A DNA stretch of 52,108 nucleotides, taken from IMG/VR virus record IMGVR_UViG_3300045988_060999. One strand, 5' to 3'. The translations under genes and the position numbers were made by a program. Below are positions 45,999 to 52,108 of this stretch, piece after piece; position 1 is the stretch's first letter; each line of letters begins with the position of its first letter. The notes below the pieces were generated by a model. That model saw only the letters and a program-made list of their open reading frames with translations, had not been told where the DNA came from and did not search any database. The DNA comes from a virus.

Positions 45999-46048
45999 AA
46001 AAGGATGGATGGTAGGCAAAATAAAATTGCTATTGTCCATCCTTTTTT
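45999..46048 (+). terminator. long-loop hairpin terminator
   Basis: AAGGATGGA pairs with TCCATCCTT, followed by TTTT. Confidence 0.6.
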
Positions 46049-46064
46049 AATACGGGTGGATGCG

Positions 46065-46478
46065 ATGAAAACGGAAACAAAACCTAAAACAAAAATAACA
46101 ACAGAACACTTAGTATCATTGGATTGTACGAAGGAAGAAAACAAGATAAAATTAAATAAATTCTTGTGGAAGGTTAAACCAGTAGCAAAGTTAGCAGAAC
46201 GTGAAGGAATCAAAACAAATGGGAAGTTACCTATAGAATTATTAGAAAATGCTCTGATGGGAATATGCGAGCATTATGGATATAATTTACAAGGTATTGA
46301 AGCATATAGAGAAACAAACAGAAAAAACAAAAAAGTGTTTCAATTCTGGCATATGGGATTATTAAACAGTGAGCGTAAATGGATTGGAACAGTAAATGGT
46401 ATAACATTGTGGGAAGTAGTTGCAAAGTCAATAATTAAAATCTATGCTGATATTGTGAAAGGCAGGAACGAAAAATGA
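46065..46478 (+). CDS. hypothetical protein
   Basis: The ATG lies after a GGGTGGA RBS, downstream of the terminator. Confidence 0.5.
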   Translation: MKTETKPKTKITTEHLVSLDCTKEENKIKLNKFLWKVKPVAKLAEREGIKTNGKLPIELLENALMGICEHYGYNLQGIEAYRETNRKNKKVFQFWHMGLLNSERKWIGTVNGITLWEVVAKSIIKIYADIVKGRNEK

Positions 46479-46954
46479 AACAGGCGGCATATTATACAGA
46501 TGGAAGTTGTGGAGGAAATCCCGGTGTAGGTGGCTGGGCTTATGTAGAAGCTATTCCTTGTGACAGAGGAATTAAAACAAACATTGTTACTGGAAGCAAA
46601 CAATTGACAACAAATAATGAAATGGAATTAACAGCAGTGTATATGGCGTTAGTAAAATCCTTAAAAACAAACAGGTATGAGGTGACTATTTATAGTGATT
46701 CGTCCTATGTAGTGAACGCTATAACAAAAGGCTGGCTTTCGAGGTGGCGTGTCAATGGCTGGAAAACAAAAGACGGCAAGGAAGTTAAAAACAAACATAT
46801 TTGGGAAAAGATGTATAAACTTGTATATGAAAAGAATTTACAAATTACTTTCATTCAAGTAAAAGGTCACAGAGGTGACTTGCTAAACGAATTAGCTGAT
46901 AAATCAGCTGTAGAAGCAAGAGTGAAGTTAGAAGATGAATTGAAAGCAAAATAA
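46475..46954 (+). CDS. rnhA: ribonuclease HI
   Basis: YTDGSCGGNPGVGGWAYV, NNEMELTAVYMAL, IYSDSSYVVNAI and VKGHRGDLLNELADK. Confidence 0.85.
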   Translation: MKQAAYYTDGSCGGNPGVGGWAYVEAIPCDRGIKTNIVTGSKQLTTNNEMELTAVYMALVKSLKTNRYEVTIYSDSSYVVNAITKGWLSRWRVNGWKTKDGKEVKNKHIWEKMYKLVYEKNLQITFIQVKGHRGDLLNELADKSAVEARVKLEDELKAK

Positions 46955-46973
46955 TAACAAAGGGGAATGAGCC

Positions 46974-47357
46974 ATGTTGATAGCAGTAGAAGTATACCAA
47001 AAAGAATTCACGGACAGAACGATGAAAAATGCTTATTTACAGGCTTGTAAATGGGTGAGTGGAGAATTTATAGCCGTAAACAATAGCAAGGATTTAACGT
47101 ATAAATTCGAGAAGCAGAGCGGTAAAGGATTGCCAACAATATTATTAAAAGTATACGCAATGTTGGACGAAGAAGAAATACACAACAGGCATTGTAATAT
47201 ATGTAAACAGGCAACAGAACTTGCTTATCTGAAACAAAACAAATACCAGTGTGAAGTATGCAAAGTAAATCCGTATAGGGAAAGAGTTAAGAATGAAGTA
47301 AAGAACAAAATAAATGGAATGGAGGATATATATAAATGGGGATTAAAGAAAAAGTAA
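46974..47357 (+). CDS. hypothetical protein (CxxC...CxxC)
   Basis: GGGGAATGAG RBS. Confidence 0.5.
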   Translation: MLIAVEVYQKEFTDRTMKNAYLQACKWVSGEFIAVNNSKDLTYKFEKQSGKGLPTILLKVYAMLDEEEIHNRHCNICKQATELAYLKQNKYQCEVCKVNPYRERVKNEVKNKINGMEDIYKWGLKKK

Positions 47358-47731
47358 TACAATTGTTGCGTATGTTATTATTGCCTGCATGGCAGGTAGT
47401 AGCGTATTGTTTAAGATTGTTGATGAAAAATCTTAGTAATGTTGCGATGGTCATTCAGATTATTTTTCCTGTATGGCTTGTATGTCAGAATATAGAACCA
47501 TTGAAAGCGTTTATATATAGTGTTGCTATTGTATTCATTCTGGCATATATAAGACAGCTGTATACGAACGTACAGAAGCATGGAGGAAAGACAATACCGA
47601 TACCAAAACAGAGATTTACTGTATTGGACGAGGATGGTTATATAGTTATGAAAAATGATAATTCAGGGGAAGCAATACAGTACCTGTATGAGTTGGAAGA
47701 ATATTTAAGTAACCGTGGGAAATTAAAATGA
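47336..47731 (+). CDS. membrane protein, hypothetical
   Basis: It has two or three hydrophobic helices. GGAGG RBS. Confidence 0.5.
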   Translation: MGIKEKVIQLLRMLLLPAWQVVAYCLRLLMKNLSNVAMVIQIIFPVWLVCQNIEPLKAFIYSVAIVFILAYIRQLYTNVQKHGGKTIPIPKQRFTVLDEDGYIVMKNDNSGEAIQYLYELEEYLSNRGKLK

Positions 47732-47907
47732 ATGAGAATATAAAAGCGCCGTGCTATTGGTGCGAAGAAAGAACAATATATTGCCACACGAATTGTGAAA
47801 AATATATAGAGTTTCAAAAAATCAATCAGATGTTAAGGGACAGCAGGAATAGAGAAACGCAAAAGAATTTTGACAAATTTTATTATTTATATAGAAAAAA
47901 GCGTTGA
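47728..47907 (+). CDS. 59-aa Cys4 zinc-finger-like peptide (below the track cut-off)
   Basis: ATGA overlap with the previous gene. It contains CYWCEERTIYCHTNC. Its stop codon lies inside the -35 of the next promoter. Confidence 0.45.
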   Translation: MNENIKAPCYWCEERTIYCHTNCEKYIEFQKINQMLRDSRNRETQKNFDKFYYLYRKKR

Positions 47908-47932
47908 CAAATAAATCTGTTTGTGGTAATAT
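47904..47932 (+). promoter_or_regulatory. sigma-A promoter, extended -10
   Basis: TTGACA, 17-nt spacer, TGgTAATAT. Confidence 0.65.
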
Positions 47933-47939
47933 AATATAT

Positions 47940-48262
47940 ATAAATAACGGAGTGGCAAGTAGGATAAAGCCAAGAGTGATAGCCAGAAAAATATCTGCCT
48001 TAATATAGAAACATCAATATTGGTTATGAGAAAGGAGAATACACATTTACTTAAAGTCCTTCAAAGTATTTTGAGTAAATAAAATTTGTAACTATTAATA
48101 ATTCTGAAAGCAGAAGTCGTGAGTATAACAGCCATATTTACACTTTCTTTCGTATTTATGTTTGAACTATGTATATGTGTTTTTTCTTTGTGTTTATTTC
48201 CAACATATTGTAAAAACATAACTGATATTGATAATATGCCGGGACTATGTTCCCGGCTATTT
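47940..48262 (+). ncRNA. candidate non-coding transcript or long leader upstream of terS
   Basis: About 320 nt between a consensus promoter and a GC-rich hairpin contain no RBS-preceded ORF. Confidence 0.3.
48238..48262 (+). terminator. GC-rich hairpin (terminator or packaging-related structure)
   Basis: GCCGGGA-ctatgt-TCCCGGC followed by TATTT. Confidence 0.5.
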
Positions 48263-48331
48263 AAACATATAGGAATATTTATTGAAGTGAAAATATAAAA
48301 AACAAAATTAAAAGGAGTTGAACAAAACAAA

Positions 48332-48922
48332 GTGGCAGAAACAAAGAAAACAAAAAACAAAGAAGAACTGACAGGAAAAGAAAGAAGAATGGCAAATCTA
48401 ATTCCGTTATCACAGCGTAGTCCAGAGGAACGTAGAGCAATTGCCAGAAAAGGAATAGAAGCAAGAAAGGCTAACGTAGAAAAAAGGAAACAGGAAAAGC
48501 GTGAAAGGATGCAGATTCAAAAAGTTATGTCTGTAATTCTTGGTTCTGAGGTAAGCAACGAAAAACAAAAGAAGCTGTTAAACAGTCTTGGTTTTGAAGG
48601 AGAACATCTAACGAATGAAATGTTATTAATGGTAGCATTATTCAAGAAAGGGCTTTCCGGTGATGTGAATGCTATTCGTGATGTAACAGAAATGATGGAA
48701 AAGCTTGACATGTATCAGAACAGCGGTGGAGAACAGCAACAGCAAATTGTTATTAATCTTATGCCAAAAGGAACAGGCTACAAACCAACAGAAGAAATTG
48801 AGGAACAAATCCAGAGAGCAGAAAATGGTTTACCATTAGAAAGTAGTATGGAAGATGATAGCGAATGGATTACAGAAGAAGATGATGAGGACTGGGGAAA
48901 TGAGGTATACGACCCTGATTAA
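48332..48922 (+). CDS. terS: terminase small subunit (putative)
   Basis: NLIPLSQRSPEERRAIARKGIEARKANVEKRK resembles the N-terminal basic motif common in TerS proteins. The tail is acidic. The start is uncertain (GTG 48332 or ATG 48389). Confidence 0.55.
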   Translation: MAETKKTKNKEELTGKERRMANLIPLSQRSPEERRAIARKGIEARKANVEKRKQEKRERMQIQKVMSVILGSEVSNEKQKKLLNSLGFEGEHLTNEMLLMVALFKKGLSGDVNAIRDVTEMMEKLDMYQNSGGEQQQQIVINLMPKGTGYKPTEEIEEQIQRAENGLPLESSMEDDSEWITEEDDEDWGNEVYDPD

Positions 48923-48965
48923 GTAGTAACCCTATAAAATATACCTATAAAATATAAAATGGCAA

Positions 48966-48976
48966 ATAGGGGCAAA
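48966..48976 (+). promoter_or_regulatory. conserved motif ATAGGGGCAAA, copy 3
   Basis: Exact 11-mer, preceded by a tandem CCTATAAAATATA x2 (48930-48956). Confidence 0.4.
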
Positions 48977-49003
48977 ATAGAAGCACACAGAGGATGTTAT
49001 AAT

Positions 49004-49243
49004 ATGGCATATGTAAAGAAGAACAACTATATCACAATGCACAGGGAAACAGTACAAAGGCGTAGAAAGAAATACAAGTTATGTCAGACTTGTAAATACA
49101 GAACAACAAGGGCAAATGAACTCGATAATGGTATGTTATGTAATTATATAGGAATTACAGGAAAGATGCGAGGATGTAAAGCCGAGTATTGTATTAGATA
49201 CGAAAAAGGAAAACACGAAAAACAAAAAGTACCATTGTATTAA
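49004..49243 (+). CDS. Cys-rich basic protein, hypothetical
   Basis: CQTCKY...CNY...GCKAEYC. The track start at 48959 lacks an RBS and would include the motif. Confidence 0.5.
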   Translation: MAYVKKNNYITMHRETVQRRRKKYKLCQTCKYRTTRANELDNGMLCNYIGITGKMRGCKAEYCIRYEKGKHEKQKVPLY

Positions 49244-49364
49244 TTATGAAAACAAATTAACAAAGAAACAAAACAAAGAAGTATAAATATAATATATAAA
49301 TAAAAGGGTAAATATAACAAAGTAATGAAAGAACAAAACAAAGAACATAAAGAAAGGAGAACAT

Positions 49365-50105
49365 ATGCAGGAATTAAATATAGTTTATAAAAACATAAAA
49401 GAATTAAAACCATATAAAAAGAACGCAAAGAAGCATAGTAAAGAACAGGTAGAACAAATTGCAAACAGTATAAAAGAATTTGGTTTTACACAGCCTGTTA
49501 TTATTGATAAAAACAATTGTGTTGTAGCAGGACACGGTAGAATCTTAGGAGCAAAGAAAGCAGGGTTAAAACAAGTACCTACTGTAACATTAGAAGAACT
49601 TACAGAAGAACAAATAAAAGCATATAGGCTGGTAGATAACAAACTGAATGAAAGTGAATGGGATTCTGTTTTATTAGCACAAGAACTGGAAGAAATAAAA
49701 GATTTAAACATGGATTTATTTGGTTTTGATTTGGCAGAAGAAATAGAACAAGAAGAAAAAAAGTATACGATGAAAACAAATATCCCACAGTATGAGATAA
49801 AAGGTGAAGAACCAGATATAACAGAATTATGTGATACAAGCAAAACAGCTGAATTGTTACGAAGAATAAAAGAAAGTAATGTAACAGAAGAACAGAAGAA
49901 ATTTTTAAGATTTGGAGCATATAGACATTTATGTTTTAATTACAGCAAAATAGCAGAATACTATGCACACGCTGATAAAGAAATGCAAGAACTTATGGAA
50001 GACAGTGCGCTAGTTATTATTGATTTTGAGGATGCTATTGCAAAAGGATATGTGCAAATGTCAGAACAGGTTGCATTGTTACGAGGTAAGGAAGATGAAA
50101 CATAA
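49365..50105 (+). CDS. ParB N-terminal domain (ParB-like nuclease) protein
   Basis: IKELKPYKKNAKKHSKEQVEQIANSIKEFGFTQPVIIDKNNCVVAGHGRILGAKKAG. Confidence 0.75.
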   Translation: MQELNIVYKNIKELKPYKKNAKKHSKEQVEQIANSIKEFGFTQPVIIDKNNCVVAGHGRILGAKKAGLKQVPTVTLEELTEEQIKAYRLVDNKLNESEWDSVLLAQELEEIKDLNMDLFGFDLAEEIEQEEKKYTMKTNIPQYEIKGEEPDITELCDTSKTAELLRRIKESNVTEEQKKFLRFGAYRHLCFNYSKIAEYYAHADKEMQELMEDSALVIIDFEDAIAKGYVQMSEQVALLRGKEDET

Positions 50106-50952
50106 AAGTTTTGTTGTTTTTATTTTGACACATGGAAGGGCAAGCAATGTTAAAACATTAAAGACACTGAGAAAAGCAGGTTATACAGGAAAGGTAGTTC
50201 TTGTTATTGATAACGAAGACGAATTAGAAAAAGATTATTACAGAATCTATGGGAAAGAAAATGTGTATATGTTCGATAAGCAGGATATAGCAGATAGATA
50301 TGATCAGATGGACAATTTTGAAGAACGTAGAACAATATTTTATGCGAGAAATGCTTGTTTTGAAATCGCTAGAAAACTAGGGTATAAATATTTTCTCGAA
50401 CTAGATGATGATTATACATCTTTTGACTATAGAATGATTCAAAACAAAAGACTGGTAGTCCTACCAGTTAAAACATTTGACGAGATTTGTGATATTATGT
50501 TAGATTTTCTCGACATAACACAAGCCCACACAGTAGCATTTGCACAAGGTGGTGATTTGATTGGCGGTAAGGATAATAAAAGATTCAAGGACAAAATCAT
50601 CAGAAAGGCAATGAATAGTTTCTTTTGTAGAACTGATAGGCAATTCGAATTTAAAGGAAGAGTGAACGAGGATGTAAACACATATTGTCTGTTAGGAACA
50701 CAAGGAAAATTAATGTTTACATACACAGATATATCATTGACACAAGTACAAACACAAAAGCAAAAAGGTGGTATGTCTGAGCAATATTTGGATAGTGGAA
50801 CATTTCTTAAATCTTTTTACAGTGTAATGTGTTGTCCTAGTTGTGTAACAGTAAATATGATGGGTGGTAGTAAAAACAATATGAGGTTACATCACAATGT
50901 ATCTTGGAATAATTGCACACCTAAAATAATATCAGATAAGTATAAGAAATAG
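50095..50952 (+). CDS. GT-A-like glycosyltransferase (possibly TET-associated glycosyltransferase-like)
   Basis: FVVFILTHGR, VVLVIDNED and FLELDDDY (DxD) follow the pattern of a GT-A Rossmann core. Real start is ATG 50095, overlapping the ParB-like gene end. Confidence 0.45.
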   Translation: MKHKSFVVFILTHGRASNVKTLKTLRKAGYTGKVVLVIDNEDELEKDYYRIYGKENVYMFDKQDIADRYDQMDNFEERRTIFYARNACFEIARKLGYKYFLELDDDYTSFDYRMIQNKRLVVLPVKTFDEICDIMLDFLDITQAHTVAFAQGGDLIGGKDNKRFKDKIIRKAMNSFFCRTDRQFEFKGRVNEDVNTYCLLGTQGKLMFTYTDISLTQVQTQKQKGGMSEQYLDSGTFLKSFYSVMCCPSCVTVNMMGGSKNNMRLHHNVSWNNCTPKIISDKYKK

Positions 50953-50977
50953 CACTCAGCAATGGGTGCTTATTTTA
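50951..50977 (+). terminator. intrinsic terminator
   Basis: AGCACTC-agcaat-GGGTGCT followed by TATTTTA. Confidence 0.6.
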
Positions 50978-51010
50978 TTATATAAATATAAAATATTTTA
51001 CAAAAACATA

Positions 51011-51039
51011 TTGACAAATAACAAGACATATGTTATTAT
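51011..51039 (+). promoter_or_regulatory. sigma-A promoter, extended -10
   Basis: TTGACA, 17-nt spacer ending in TGt, then TATTAT(ATAAT). Confidence 0.7.
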
Positions 51040-51098
51040 ATAATCAGTTCAAGGGAAACAACAAAATAAAGAAAAACAAATCAGAAGGAGGAAAGATT

Positions 51099-51242
51099 AT
51101 GGTACAGGTTGCATCATTGTTAAGAAGAGGACAGTATAAGAGAGCAGAAAGAGAAGCGTTTAGACGTGGAATAAATTATTTTGATTTTACAGAGTTGGTA
51201 AAAAGATTCTATAAAGGCACTATTGATGATATAGAACCATAA
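51099..51242 (+). CDS. 47-aa hypothetical protein
   Basis: A GAAGGAGG RBS sits 8 nt upstream. Confidence 0.5.
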   Translation: MVQVASLLRRGQYKRAEREAFRRGINYFDFTELVKRFYKGTIDDIEP

Positions 51243-51458
51243 ACAAATAGGAGGATGTGAAAACATGGTAAACATGGTAATGTTACTGTTGTTGATTCAA
51301 GTGATAGCACTGAGCATAAGGTGGAAGAAATGACAGTTAAGGAACTGAAAAGTTATGATATAAACAAAATAGATGAAATAACAGCGTATGAAGATAAAAT
51401 ATACATTTATTTTTAAAACAAAATGACAGGTGGTTAAAGTCATTAAAACACAAAATAT

Positions 51459-51530
51459 TGCCCTATAGCCAAGTGGTAAGGCAGAGGAATTTGACTCCTA
51501 TATACGCAGGTTCGAATCCTGCTAGGGTAG
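51459..51530 (+). tRNA. tRNA-Gln (anticodon UUG)
   Basis: Manual cloverleaf fold. The acceptor stem is TGCCCTA/TAGGGTA, with U1-A72 as in bacterial tRNA-Gln. The D-arm is GCCAAGTGGTAAGGC. The anticodon loop is ATTTGAC. The T-arm is GCAGG-TTCGAAT-CCTGC. The discriminator base is G, and no CCA is encoded. Confidence 0.85.
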
Positions 51531-51574
51531 TTTGTAACAAGTGGTTACACATTACATTAAGGAGGATGAATAAC

Positions 51575-51850
51575 ATGGATGATAACAAGAAAGAAATCAC
51601 AGTAGTAGAAGTATTTAATAAATTAGAAGAGGTGGAGAAACAGAACAAAGAGATTCTTGAGAAACTGGAAAATATGCAGGAAAGCAACGCATTATTCCAT
51701 AATGGTTTTGCAACAATATTTGAAACTTTACGGATTTTAGACGAAGTGAAACAAGATGAAGACTTAGGAGATATGTTAAAAACTGGCTCACTTGCTAATG
51801 TTCTTTGTGCAGAATCGTGGGGAAAGAAACATATGAAAAAAAACAAGTAA
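51575..51850 (+). CDS. hypothetical protein
   Basis: The track ORF 51458.. overlaps the tRNA. ATG 51575 lies 9 nt after GGAGG. Confidence 0.5.
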   Translation: MDDNKKEITVVEVFNKLEEVEKQNKEILEKLENMQESNALFHNGFATIFETLRILDEVKQDEDLGDMLKTGSLANVLCAESWGKKHMKKNK

Positions 51851-51959
51851 GAGCAAAGTAGAAAAAGAAGGAACAGTTGTGGTGAAACGAGTGAGAGAAG
51901 AAAAAGCAAAAGATGTTATTGAACTTCTCAAAATGTTGGAAAATATTTAAGGAGATAAT

Positions 51960-52108
51960 ATGGACGAAGAAACAAGAAAAGAGATGGATGCACTGATGAA
52001 AATTGAAAGTGTACGGCATAATATGGAATTAGCAAAAGAAGAACAGTACCACAAAGGCTATTGTAAAGCAGTCGAAGACATATGCAATAGTTTGAAAGCA
52101 CTTGATAG
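51960..52108 (+). CDS. 5' part of the wrap-around small hypothetical ORF (continues at 56..80)
   Basis: AAGGAG sits 5 nt upstream of the ATG. The frame is open to the window end. Confidence 0.45.
   Translation, partial: MDEETRKEMDALMKIESVRHNMELAKEEQYHKGYCKAVEDICNSLKALD

Noticed and set aside
48061-48360. A 99-aa minus-strand ORF in the non-coding stretch upstream of terS, as a possible divergent regulator.
   Set aside because: It has no RBS. Its translation is hydrophobic and low-complexity. It runs antisense through the terS RBS and start region.
51255-51416. ATG-TGA followed by a 52-codon open frame (KHGKHGNVTVVDSSDS...IYIYF), as a second read-through gene. Also the 9-nt tandem duplication AACATGGTA x2 at 51262-51279.
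   Set aside because: The AGGAGG abuts the ATG with no spacing. Two overlapping mini-ORFs (51265-51333 and 51330-51416) explain the region equally well. The evidence is too thin to call either reading.
1-52108. CRISPR arrays, integrase/repressor lysogeny module, toxin-antitoxin pairs, reverse transcriptase (retron or DGR).
   Set aside because: I saw no repeat-spacer structure and no recombinase, RT or classical repressor motif in any ORF. This is an absence call made by eye only, so it is not reported as a finding.

Overview
This window looks like a complete, circularly closed genome of an AT-rich tailed dsDNA phage. The first 55 nt are repeated exactly at the end, so the unique length is about 52,053 bp. 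The phage is siphovirus-like: it has a long tape-measure gene and no sheath gene. Shine-Dalgarno sites and sigma-A promoter consensus are of the Firmicutes type. Every credible gene is on the + strand, and the minus-strand ORFs in the track look like shadow ORFs.

Gene layout:
- 216-2433: large terminase, split by an intron.
- 2.5-7.9 kb: tail collar and tail fibre genes, two holins and an endolysin.
- 8.0-23.3 kb: portal, gp7-like head protein, scaffold, decoration protein, lambda-E-type major capsid protein, connectors, major tail protein, chaperones, tape measure, Dit and a Gp37-like tail protein.
- 23.4-23.9 kb: small membrane protein plus a sigma-70 region-4-like regulator.
- 23.9-26.6 kb: terminator-bracketed cassette of Gln-rich, Gly/Asn-rich, Cys-rich and ferritin-like proteins of unknown function.
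- 26.6-27.5 kb: three tandem single-gene promoter cassettes.
- 27.6-47.9 kb: replication and recombination genes. These are primase, gp32-like SSB, intron-split DnaE-like polymerase, RecA-like ATPase, Cas4-like nuclease, RuvC, a VWA-like/AAA+ pair, a PD-(D/E)XK nuclease and RNase H.
- 48.3-52.1 kb: small terminase, ParB-like protein, GT-A-like glycosyltransferase and tRNA-Gln(UUG).

I recognised no integrase, repressor, replicative helicase, DNA methyltransferase or CRISPR array.

Most notable observations:
- Two homing-endonuclease-bearing group I-like introns sit in terL and dnaE.
- An 11-mer, ATAGGGGCAAA, recurs three times, each time just upstream of a gene.
- One small gene has an in-frame TAG.
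- Fourteen near-consensus extended -10 promoters are present, several nested inside terminator hairpins.
- Three proteins share an acidic C-terminal tail ending in Trp-Glu-x.
- The 23.9-26.6 kb cassette has no functional assignment.

All homology calls come from motif recognition by eye. No database search was run.
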